A DNA stretch of 59,191 bases, filler included. It is 5 parts of 5 records of this genome, joined end to end, with 100 filler letters (N's around TTAATTAATTAA, not from the genome) between each part and the next. Parts side by side here need not be neighbours in the genome. Positions count along the whole stretch, not along the records: positions 1 to 12,225 come from DRR723986_17953; 4 more parts are not named here. One strand, written 5' to 3'. Below, piece by piece: positions 1-8,943 of this stretch (within the stretch, counting starts at the first letter, position 1; each line of letters begins with the position of its first letter). The translations under genes were made by a program, and so were the position numbers. Below the pieces are notes generated by a model, which was not told the origin of the DNA, did not search any database, and saw only the letters and a list, made by a program, of their open reading frames with translations.

Positions 1-608
1 CCCGAAACCGGGTCCCCCACCCCCACCATCCAGCCTGCCATTTTTAACACCCAAACAGCGTCTACGCTTCACCTTTTCCGCACAAAAGATGACTCGGCTT
101 GTCCACTGCTTTTCTAAGCATATTTGTTAACACTTCTCCTTGCTCTCGTGAATAAACAAATTGTGCGGCTTTCTTTATTACAAGAAACGCACTTAAACTT
201 AAGTGTGCAAGCTGTATTTGTCCAACGGCCGGTAATCACGTGCAAACGGCCGGGATTTCAAGGTAAAGTGTCAACTCCTTTTGCTGCAAGCCTACAGACT
301 TGAAGACTTTGAGTTGAGTATTGACAATCGTATTGCAGTGAACTGTTAATTGAACACGCTCATTATCTATTAAAGTAAATGATTGCGGGAAACAATGCTG
401 AAGTAGATGTGCCTGTTTAAAGTGCTTGTTACGATAAGAGGGTCTCAAAGCTTGAGCGTCGAACTTAAATGCTGGAGTTCTTCAATTGTTTGACTTGTGG
501 TTTATATGTGTGGCAGATTGGCTGTAACAATCAGATTGAATCTGTATTCATGCCTCGAACTTCTGAATTGTCGCTGCAACAAACTCAAGAGCGGCAGGCA
601 TAAGGGAA

Positions 609-1169
609 ATGATTATCACGAAAGGGTTGAAAATGAAGTACTGTAAAGTTGAACGCACTATCGCCTCGATGACGGCAGTTATGTTCTTCGGTTTAAGTGC
701 TATGGCTTGTGACAGTGAATCGGACAACATTCTAAGTAGTCTTTCAGACGCAGACCGTGGCAAAATTGAACAGGCGCTGGCAGCGTTTACTGAGGGAACA
801 ATACTCTCAATAGAAGAAGAAACTGAAGATGGTGAGAACAGCGTGGAAGTTGAGTGGCAAACACCCGGCGGCGCGACCATCGAAGTTGAGTTGGACCGCA
901 ATAACAACTGCGCTCTGCTTGAAGCCGAAGCCGAAGGTGGTCCGTTTAACTACGACTTTGACCCAGGGATGGGTCTGATCAAACTTAGTACTGCTACCGC
1001 CAATGCGCTGGATTCCCAAGCCGGAACACTCGAAAAATGGGAACTGGAGCAAGACGACTCCAGCAATAGCTGGATCTATGAATTTGAAATTGAAGACGCC
1101 GCAGGCGATGACTGGGACATTGAAATTGATGCCACAGACGGAGCAGTCCTAAGCGCCGAAAAATCCTGA
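609..1169 (+). CDS. Acidic lipoprotein with two PepSY-like domains
   Basis: Lipobox AMA-C. Two repeats of the PepSY pattern (ALAAFTEGTILSIEEE...EVE; ALDSQAGTLEKWELE...YEFEI...IEIDATDGAVL). Alternative ATG at 633. Confidence 0.75.
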   Translation: MIITKGLKMKYCKVERTIASMTAVMFFGLSAMACDSESDNILSSLSDADRGKIEQALAAFTEGTILSIEEETEDGENSVEVEWQTPGGATIEVELDRNNNCALLEAEAEGGPFNYDFDPGMGLIKLSTATANALDSQAGTLEKWELEQDDSSNSWIYEFEIEDAAGDDWDIEIDATDGAVLSAEKS

Positions 1170-1196
1170 CCTTACACTCTACTCGGTAACACACAC

Positions 1197-2471
1197 ATGA
1201 ATACCTGCAAACACATTCCGATGTGGCGGGCGATAGCCCCTGCTCTGTTAGCGCTTATTATGATTGCCTGTTCCAATGAAGACCAGGGATCGCCCGTGGC
1301 AGACAATGGTGGTGACCCAAACACCGCCAGCGACGGAGCGCTGCACCTTACACCCGCCAGCTCTTCAATCACAGTGGGTGAAAGCCTGCAATTTCTGGCG
1401 CGACATGATCATGATCCCTCAGCAACGTTTGCATGGAGCGTGAGCGAAGGGCCCGGTTCAATTGATGAGCGTGGGATCTTCCTGGCACCGACGAGTCTGC
1501 CCGAGCGCTCAGTTAACAGCATTGTCAAAGTCGAAGTTGTTGGAGAGCCGCAACTGCAGGTCTTTGGCAAAATCACGATCACTACAAATGCGCCGCAGCG
1601 CGACACGAGTGATTCCAGCAGCGGCAAATTGCACAGACTGCGGGTTGAGCCGCAGTTGGCCGAAATCTACCGTGGGGCAAGCCAGGTGTTTGTTCTGCTG
1701 GATGAAGAAGGGTTTGAGGTTGATGGCGCTGTTTGGTCATTAATAGATGGCGCCGGCAGCATTGACGTGAACGGGCGTTTTATGGCACCGGACCCGATGC
1801 AGTCGCCCCGAGCGAGCACAACGGTTAGCGCCGACCTTGACGGCCAGAGTTTTCTGGCACGCGTCACGTATTTTGACACTGCACCCGACGAGGTGTGTTT
1901 TAGCCGTGAGGTGTTACCTATTCTACTTTCCAACTGCGCCAACAGCGGTTGCCATGATGCGGAAACACGCTACGACGGCATTGAACTCACGTCATACGCT
2001 ACGATGATGGCCTCTGATGATGAGTTGGTGCGTCCGGGGCGTGCTTCAAGAAGTGAGTTGTATGAAGTGCTGGTGGAAACCGATCCAGATGATCTGATGC
2101 CACCGCCGGACCGGCGCCAGCTGACGGCTGCACAAATCGAACTTATTCGGCGCTGGATCAACGAAGGTGCACGCAACAGCGAATGCCCCGACCCAGATGG
2201 CCCAACATGTGATACAGAAAACTTGAGCTACGAACTACATGTGCAGCCGATCATATTAACACATTGTGCGGGGTGCCACGGCGGCTCCAGTCCAGATGGA
2301 AATATTGACTACAACACTCCTGCGGGAGTGCGGGAAACGGCTTTGGACGGAAGTTTGCTCGGTTCTGTTCTGCATGAGGCAGGTTACGAGGCAATGCCGC
2401 CAAACATAAAACTTTCCGATTGTGACATCAGTAAAATTCGGGCCTGGGTGGAACTGGGCGCTCCATTGTAA
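1197..2471 (+). CDS. Lipoprotein with Ig-like repeats and two c-type cytochrome domains (Planctomycete cytochrome c-like)
   Basis: Lipobox MIA-C. Two repeats of WS...GxGSIDxxGxFxAP. Heme motifs CANSGCH (CX4CH) and CAGCH, each followed by MPP and WI/WVxxGA. Confidence 0.8.
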   Translation: MNTCKHIPMWRAIAPALLALIMIACSNEDQGSPVADNGGDPNTASDGALHLTPASSSITVGESLQFLARHDHDPSATFAWSVSEGPGSIDERGIFLAPTSLPERSVNSIVKVEVVGEPQLQVFGKITITTNAPQRDTSDSSSGKLHRLRVEPQLAEIYRGASQVFVLLDEEGFEVDGAVWSLIDGAGSIDVNGRFMAPDPMQSPRASTTVSADLDGQSFLARVTYFDTAPDEVCFSREVLPILLSNCANSGCHDAETRYDGIELTSYATMMASDDELVRPGRASRSELYEVLVETDPDDLMPPPDRRQLTAAQIELIRRWINEGARNSECPDPDGPTCDTENLSYELHVQPIILTHCAGCHGGSSPDGNIDYNTPAGVRETALDGSLLGSVLHEAGYEAMPPNIKLSDCDISKIRAWVELGAPL

Positions 2472-2524
2472 CAAACGTTATCCAAAAAGCTGGTGGGTGT
2501 TTTGCGCCAGGTTCGTCTTATCAT

Positions 2525-2560
2525 ACCGGCAGTTCGATTCTATGAAATCGGGCTGCCGGT
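2525..2560 (+). terminator. Hairpin downstream of the cytochrome lipoprotein, probable terminator
   Basis: ACCGGCAGTTCGATT...AATCGGGCTGCCGGT stem with G-U pairs. Weak U tract. Confidence 0.45.
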
Positions 2561-2765
2561 TGCTGTTTAGAAGCGAATTCTGATTTTTGAAGGACCGGCC
2601 TGGGATGAATGCAGGCAATGTGAGTCCAAAATGTTTGAAGCGGGAAATTGAATGCCCGTAGTTTGAGGCTGGAAATTGACTTTGCTTGGTTTTGTGCGAT
2701 CTTTGTCGGCTCATTCTTGTGCTGTACTGCTGCACACACTTCTATTGACTGACCGGAGAGACCAG

Positions 2766-3284
2766 ATGTGGGGAGATACGACAGGCTCAGCGCGTTCCAA
2801 GCGCCTTGGAATTCTTGCCCTGGGCTTGTTTGGTGTAATGCAGTTTTTTCTGCCGGAGCGCACAAATCCACCCGTGCTGAAAGATCTGGCGGGACCGGAC
2901 AACGTCCGTCCGATTCTTGAGCGTGCCTGTTACGACTGCCATTCCAATCAGACCGATTGGCCTTGGTATGCATATGTTGCACCTGTCTCCTGGCTGGTGG
3001 CGGATCACGTGAATGAGGCACGCCGGCATTTGAACTTTTCCAGTTGGCGAACCTTGAACGCCGCCGAGCGTAAAACCATGCGTGAGGCGATTTACGAGAT
3101 GACTTCCGAAAGCCACATGCCACCCGGCGATTACGCTCTGCTGCATTCGGAGGCCGCTCTAAGCGCTGCGGATCTGGACGTACTGCGCGACTGGAGTCTA
3201 AGTTCGATCAGCGACAAACCAAAAATCAAAACGGCGCCGCAGCTGCGGCAAGCCGATCCAAAAACACCCGGCTCACAAGAATAA
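2766..3284 (+). CDS. Haem-binding domain protein (Haem_bd family)
   Basis: CYDCHS...WPWY...PVSW...HV.EAR..LNFS...MPP pattern with an N-terminal TM. GGAGAG upstream of ATG 2766; the ORF track starts at TTG 2676. Confidence 0.8.
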   Translation: MWGDTTGSARSKRLGILALGLFGVMQFFLPERTNPPVLKDLAGPDNVRPILERACYDCHSNQTDWPWYAYVAPVSWLVADHVNEARRHLNFSSWRTLNAAERKTMREAIYEMTSESHMPPGDYALLHSEAALSAADLDVLRDWSLSSISDKPKIKTAPQLRQADPKTPGSQE

Positions 3285-3437
3285 TATGCTTGCGGTGCGA
3301 GCGGCAGTAAGCACGAGAATGCCAGCCAAATCGAAAGCACCCCTGCCGGAGCACTAAAGCCTGAGTATCCGCGTTTGTGAGGAAGTTCAAACTAGCTTCG
3401 ATACACCTGGGAAGATCCGCCCTGCGGGAAATGAGAC

Positions 3438-5099
3438 ATGGAAAAACCTGTAATTATGGCAGTGGACGATGATCCACATGTGCTGAAATCGATTACGCGT
3501 GACCTGCGCAAAGAATTCCGCAAAGACTATAAAATTGTGGCGACGACTTCGGCGAATGAAGCGCTGGACGCGATCAAGACGATGACGGTGAAAGGGGATG
3601 CGGTGGCGCTGCTGATTTCTGATCAGCGAATGCCGGAAATGGGTGGTGTTGACTACCTGGAGCAGGCAAAACAGATGCTGCCCGAAGCCAAACGCGTGCT
3701 GCTGACGGCCTATTCGGACACGGATGCGGCGATCAAGGCGATAAATGACGTGCAGCTGGATTACTACCTGATGAAGCCATGGGATCCGCCGGAGGAACGC
3801 ATGTATCCCGTGTTGAACGATCTGCTGCACGACTGGCAGGCGGCCTACAGACCGGCATTTGCCGGCATTCGCGTTTTGGGTTACCAATGGTCTCCGGCTT
3901 CGCATGCGTTAAAAGATTTTTTGGCCGGGAATCTAATCCCCTACCTCTGGCTGGATATTGAGACTTCTGATGACGCCAAGCGTTTGCTGGAGGCGAGTGG
4001 TGCAGATGCAAAAGATGTGCCGCTGGTATTTTTTGAGGATGGCAGCCACCTGGTAAGTCCTACGCCGGAATTGCTAGCGGACAAGCTGGGGCTGACGACG
4101 GAAGCAAGTGACACGATTTACGATGTTGTAATTGTAGGAGCCGGTCCGGCGGGACTGGCCGGCGCGGTGTACGGCGCATCGGAAGGCTTGAATACGCTGC
4201 TGATTGAGCGGCGTGCGCCCGGTGGACAGGCAGGCACAAGTTCGCGAATTGAAAATTACCTGGGATTTCCGACCGGACTGAGTGGTTCGCAGCTCACACA
4301 GCGTGCAACTACACAGGCGACGCGTCTGGGAGCGCGTCTGCTCTTGCCACGTCAGGTTAAAGGAATCCGTTTACAGGACAGCTACAAGACTATTATGCTG
4401 ACGGACGGCAGTGAGATTAATACGCGGGCAGTGATAATCACGACGGGTGTTGATTACCGCAGGTTGGCGACTGAAGGACTCGAGAAATTCACGGGAGCGG
4501 GCGTTTACTATGGCGCGGCGAATACAGAGGCCGGAGCCTGTAAAAATGAGGACGTTTACATTGTTGGCGGCGGAAATTCAGCCGGACAGGCGGCGATGTA
4601 TCTCTCAAAGTTTGCGGCGAACGTCAATATCGTGATTCGGCGTGACTCACTCAAGAACTCGATGTCACATTACCTGATTGAGCAGATTGACAAGTCGGAA
4701 AACATCCATGTGTTGCCGTTTACTGAGGTGACGGCAGGCCGGGGAGAAGAGCGGCTGACCGAGTTGGATTTGGTGGACAACCAGACAAAGGAAACGCGGA
4801 CGGTACCTGCGGCGGCGCTGTTCATATTCATTGGTGCGCGGCCATATACCGAGTGGCTGGGTGAAGATGTGATTAAGAACGAGCGTGGCTTCATAGAAAC
4901 GGGCCGCGATTTGGCGGGCTATGCCCAGTTCAAATCGGTCTGGAAGCAGGACCGCGAGCCCTTTATGCTGGAAACGAGCGTACCTGGAATTCTGGCAGCC
5001 GGCGATGTGCGTGCCGGAGCGATGAATCGCGTGGCTTCGGCTGTAGGCGAAGGATCGATGGCAATTAAGTTCGTGCATGAATATCTGGCGCAGTCTTGA
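3438..5099 (+). CDS. Response-regulator receiver / glutaredoxin-like / thioredoxin-reductase-like FAD oxidoreductase fusion
   Basis: REC domain (VDDD...LISDQRMP...LLTAY...KPW), then GAGPAG FAD motif, GGGNSAG NADPH motif, ETSVPGILAAGDV and RVASAVGEG. Confidence 0.9.
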   Translation: MEKPVIMAVDDDPHVLKSITRDLRKEFRKDYKIVATTSANEALDAIKTMTVKGDAVALLISDQRMPEMGGVDYLEQAKQMLPEAKRVLLTAYSDTDAAIKAINDVQLDYYLMKPWDPPEERMYPVLNDLLHDWQAAYRPAFAGIRVLGYQWSPASHALKDFLAGNLIPYLWLDIETSDDAKRLLEASGADAKDVPLVFFEDGSHLVSPTPELLADKLGLTTEASDTIYDVVIVGAGPAGLAGAVYGASEGLNTLLIERRAPGGQAGTSSRIENYLGFPTGLSGSQLTQRATTQATRLGARLLLPRQVKGIRLQDSYKTIMLTDGSEINTRAVIITTGVDYRRLATEGLEKFTGAGVYYGAANTEAGACKNEDVYIVGGGNSAGQAAMYLSKFAANVNIVIRRDSLKNSMSHYLIEQIDKSENIHVLPFTEVTAGRGEERLTELDLVDNQTKETRTVPAAALFIFIGARPYTEWLGEDVIKNERGFIETGRDLAGYAQFKSVWKQDREPFMLETSVPGILAAGDVRAGAMNRVASAVGEGSMAIKFVHEYLAQS

Positions 5100-5313
5100 T
5101 TCGCGCTTTTGTGTTCGTGGGGAATTTTAGTTCCGGGCAAGTGGTTTAGGCGCCTGACCTGGCTTATTCTCTGGCGACGAGTCCAATTGTGCTTTGTCGG
5201 TTCTATTTGCAGGTTTGTGTTTGTTCGCCTTTGAGCCGGGAACCGGCGTTCTGGGGCTTGTTGAATGTGCTTTGGCAACTCTACTACAATAATTTCACTT
5301 TGGGAAGAAGATC

Positions 5314-5748
5314 ATGAGTATAGTACAGAAATTTACGGCTCCGATGGGGACCGGTCCACAGGACACGATGGGCAGCCTGGGCATGTTGATTATTCGCCTG
5401 ATTGCGGGTGTTGCAATGGCGGCTGCGCATGGCTGGGGTAAGTTCAGCAATTTTGGAGAGCTTTCGACCAAGTTTGCCGATCCCATCGGATTGGGGTCTG
5501 AGTTCGCACTTTTCCTGGCCGTGTTTGCTGAGCTGGCATGTGCGGTGCTTGTGGCAATAGGATTAACGACGCGGCTGGCGGCTATTCCACTGATTATCAC
5601 GATGCTTGTGGCTGTGTTCGTGATTCACGGTGGAGATCCCTTTGCGAAGCAGGAATTGGCACTTATGTATCTGGCGGCATATGCGGCGATACTGTTTGTG
5701 GGGCCTGGAAAGTTTTCGCTTGACGCGATGTTAAACAAAGGCAAGTGA
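5314..5748 (+). CDS. DoxX family membrane protein
   Basis: R...G..M..HGWGK, E...L..IGL.TRLAA, G.GKFSLD. About four TM segments. Confidence 0.9.
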   Translation: MSIVQKFTAPMGTGPQDTMGSLGMLIIRLIAGVAMAAAHGWGKFSNFGELSTKFADPIGLGSEFALFLAVFAELACAVLVAIGLTTRLAAIPLIITMLVAVFVIHGGDPFAKQELALMYLAAYAAILFVGPGKFSLDAMLNKGK

Positions 5749-5761
5749 GCAAGGATATTTG

Positions 5762-5805
5762 CATGCGTGCCCCGGCGGATTTGCGCTGGGCACGCGTGGT
5801 GTTTT
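5762..5805 (+). terminator. Intrinsic terminator after doxX-family gene
   Basis: CATGCGTGCCC...GGGCACGCGTG stem followed by GTGTTTT. Confidence 0.55.
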
Positions 5806-5955
5806 AGAAGCTTCAGCGTTTCCCCACCGGTGAACGCTGTTGTGTTCATTTAGTCTATTTGCGATTCGAGCCTGTCCCTTTGGGTGTTGAGAATCTCACC
5901 TTATAATCTGATTTTGACGAGTATCTTCTCTCGGCGCGCAAGTCCTGAAGTACGG

Positions 5956-6303
5956 TCACTTCGTGTCGAGCACTTCAGCCTGAGCTCCAAGCCGTAAAGC
6001 ACTCCTATGGTGCTCGTCAACTTTTAGCAGTAGCTCAGTGAAGCGGGAGTCAAGTTTTTCAAGAGTTTTGGTGTTAAACTCCAGCTGTTTAAGTGCTTGT
6101 GACTGGTTTTTGATCAGCGCTAGTTGATTTCCGCGGATTTCCTTGGTTTCGGCCTTTACTTCCTGTACATCCAAACGCAGAAGACGCAGTTCTGTAAGAA
6201 GACGGCCCCTGTTTTGACCATCGCCATAGATTCCACTGCCAATGACAATTAGTAAACTCGCAAATGCAATCAGAACGGGAAATAGCTCTCTAACCCACAT
6301 CAT
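5956..6303 (-). CDS. Hypothetical protein, one TM plus coiled coil
   Basis: Hydrophobic N-terminus (LFPVLIAFASLLIVIGSGI) followed by a heptad-like amphipathic helix. Confidence 0.55.
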   Translation of the reverse strand: MMWVRELFPVLIAFASLLIVIGSGIYGDGQNRGRLLTELRLLRLDVQEVKAETKEIRGNQLALIKNQSQALKQLEFNTKTLEKLDSRFTELLLKVDEHHRSALRLGAQAEVLDTK

Positions 6304-6746
6304 TATTGTTCCGAAATTATTACTTGATTTCTTCTCTTGGACCTGCTCAAATTTAACAGCCTCCGCTTATATGTGATGATTTATTTGACGGAATCAAAGC
6401 ACTAAAAATTAACATTTATCATCCCGCCGGCTCTCTATTTACCTTTATGATACCAGCCTTGATACCTGAAAACAATCACAGAAAATTGAACGGGCAGTGA
6501 TAGATGTTAAACGGCATGTTAACGGTGGTATACGGACTTGAAAGTTCAAATCCGCCGGCTACTGAATTGGCAAAACTTTTTTTCAGAAGTCGGGATGTTG
6601 CGCTTTTAGTAAAGTGTGCGGCAAATGGAGTTAAGCGGTCATTAATCGTGGATAAGCGGTAGGTGTTTAAACATAAACGGTCACCCAGAGCATGTCTGGG
6701 CGACCGTTCGAAATCTCGACGAATTATTCTGAAGTCATGCAAGCTC

Positions 6747-8711
6747 TTAACTATTCGGCACCATCTCAATCACAACCGTACGATTGTAAAAGCGGCCTTC
6801 CGGCAAGTCGTTCGGGAACAGAGTGCGTGATTCACCTTCACCAAAACCAAGTGCATTAAACGGTGCGCGTACGCCGCGTTTAGTCGTCTGGTCTTTCAGG
6901 ATGTCACGTACTTCGTTGGCGCGCTGAACCGAGAGGCGGTAGTTGAGGTCCGAGTTGCCAATCACATCAGTGAAGCCATACACAAGAACCTTATCCGTAG
7001 ATTCAACAGCTGGGCTGACGGTCTCACGCAAAAACTTCTCGTACAACTTAACAGCGTCTTTTTTGCCGTATGGGAACACGATTGAATAACGCGTACCTTT
7101 CTGAACCGAATCCGTGCGGACTACCAACTCAAAGTCTTTGCGTTCGCGGATAACACCGCCGTCGCGCGTGTTGATCACAACTTCGGCTGTGTAGCTACCC
7201 TCTTCCAGATCAGAGATAAGTTGGGCGGGATTGATACGCTGGCTGGCGCGGCGGAATGGCCCGTAGGTCAAATCGCGGTCTTCACCAGTTACACGTACGC
7301 GCCAGGCGTCAACTTCTACATCTGCGCCAAGGTCAAGCACCAGGTCATTGTCAATCGGCTGGCGCATGGTGCGCGAAATCAGCACGGGAGCCAACATGTC
7401 TGAAGTACCATCGCCTGGCAGGATTTCTACGCGGCGATTCTCACGCTCAGCCAGGTGTTTGTCTTCTTCCGGCGTGCGTGCTGATCCAGATGGATTAGCA
7501 GGACGGCGCGTAGAACGCACTTTGATGCGACTATCGTCAATACCAAAAACGTCCATCAGGTAGGCTTTAACTGTATTGGCCATCTCGGTTCCATCATCAA
7601 CATAGTTACCGGAACCAGCCAGGGTAATCGTTTCAGTGGGATTGTCACGCATACGCGCACCCACAATATTGAGCACGTTGTAGTACGTGTTCAGCTGGCT
7701 ATTGGCGCGTTCGCGTGCACTCAGATTTCCAATGTCGTCCGGATCAAGCAGGTCCGACTCTTTGAAGGTCTGAGCATCATCTGAATCAAGTGTGTTGTAG
7801 CGCGATGGAATTTGCGTCGAAGCACTGTCAAAGAAGACATTCGGCACGATTGGAAAGTATTCTTCCAGTTCGCGGTAACGCACCAGACCACCCGTCGGCT
7901 GCGCCAAAGAAAAGTTGAGTGGGCTGTCGCCGGTGACTTCTACCAAGTCAACAGGGCGGTCGCCAAACAGGAACTTCACGCCACCACGCACCGAAACAGT
8001 ACTCCAGATATCATCGAAAGAGTTCTGATCCAATTCCGGGAAGCTCGCCCCGCGTTGGTTCATCGCCCAGCTCAACTCTGCAAATGGCGAGAGGTAGAGC
8101 CAGGTGTCTTCGGAACGATCGGAGAGGAGGATATCATAACCGAGACCGGCTGAAATTCCATATGTCAAGCTGCTCAGTTCCGGAATCTCGCCACCGGCTA
8201 CAGCCGGACGCAGTGAGCCTTCTGGTGGAGTGTAATCATACTCTCCGCTCAGATTAATTCCAATCATTGGGCCGGCCGTAAAATGCAGGCCCGGTGTAAT
8301 TTCCGGATAAAAGCGGAAGAGTGGCTCAATGCTCAAATACGTAAAGTTGACGTCGTACTCGCCCGCTGGAGTTGTCGTTGGGTCATCGACCGTTGCACTG
8401 CGATCGTCGTAGCTGACGCGCAACTGTACGCCCCACAGTTCATCGGCATTGTATTCAGCCATCAAACCAACGTAGGGGCCGATGCCATTACCGTCGTTCA
8501 CGACCAGTGGAACAAATGCAGGTCCGCCCGGTGCCAGATCTTGATATCCCGGCGCCGAGAAGTTGAAGTTCAATCCGGCATTTAAGCCGAATTTCCACGT
8601 CGGCTGCAGATATTGATTTTGCGCAGAAAGTGTGGCAAAGCTGGTAGCACAAAAAACAGCAAGTAACATTAGTCGCATTGACGGCTTCACGGCGTTCAAC
8701 AACGATTTCAT
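6747..8711 (-). CDS. Outer-membrane beta-barrel plus OmpA-like peptidoglycan-binding domain protein
   Basis: Signal peptide and alternating beta-strands (FGLNAGLNFN, GVQLRVSY). OmpA motifs ENRRVEI and GFTDVIG...N..LS..RA..V...GRFYNRTV. Confidence 0.85.
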   Translation of the reverse strand: MKSLLNAVKPSMRLMLLAVFCATSFATLSAQNQYLQPTWKFGLNAGLNFNFSAPGYQDLAPGGPAFVPLVVNDGNGIGPYVGLMAEYNADELWGVQLRVSYDDRSATVDDPTTTPAGEYDVNFTYLSIEPLFRFYPEITPGLHFTAGPMIGINLSGEYDYTPPEGSLRPAVAGGEIPELSSLTYGISAGLGYDILLSDRSEDTWLYLSPFAELSWAMNQRGASFPELDQNSFDDIWSTVSVRGGVKFLFGDRPVDLVEVTGDSPLNFSLAQPTGGLVRYRELEEYFPIVPNVFFDSASTQIPSRYNTLDSDDAQTFKESDLLDPDDIGNLSARERANSQLNTYYNVLNIVGARMRDNPTETITLAGSGNYVDDGTEMANTVKAYLMDVFGIDDSRIKVRSTRRPANPSGSARTPEEDKHLAERENRRVEILPGDGTSDMLAPVLISRTMRQPIDNDLVLDLGADVEVDAWRVRVTGEDRDLTYGPFRRASQRINPAQLISDLEEGSYTAEVVINTRDGGVIRERKDFELVVRTDSVQKGTRYSIVFPYGKKDAVKLYEKFLRETVSPAVESTDKVLVYGFTDVIGNSDLNYRLSVQRANEVRDILKDQTTKRGVRAPFNALGFGEGESRTLFPNDLPEGRFYNRTVVIEMVPNS

Positions 8712-8943
8712 CCTTGGGGGACTCCTGGAAATTCAGAATGCACAAAGCGATTAGGTGAACAACCATTTATTGATCGCCACCAGGAATTGGGATGTGATAA
8801 TATGAGTACAACGGAATGCATCCGGCACATACAGTCCGGCAAATTCAGCCACAAAACGAAAGAGATTTGTGTGGGCTTTACGTTTTGCTTCCGCAAAAAT
8901 ACGCAAAATTTGGCTTGAGCACACCAATTATTCAGTAAACAGC

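Noticed and set aside
1-608. Short ORFs 236-448 and 548-907, and the gene-free start of the window
   Set aside because: No recognisable protein features, and 548-907 is antisense to a real gene. Treated as an upstream/promoter region.
6360-6746. ORF 6476-6769, repeated TAA(A/G)CGG words and a DnaA-box-like CGTGGATAA
   Set aside because: The ORF has no recognisable features, and one imperfect box with loose repeats does not support an origin or operator call.
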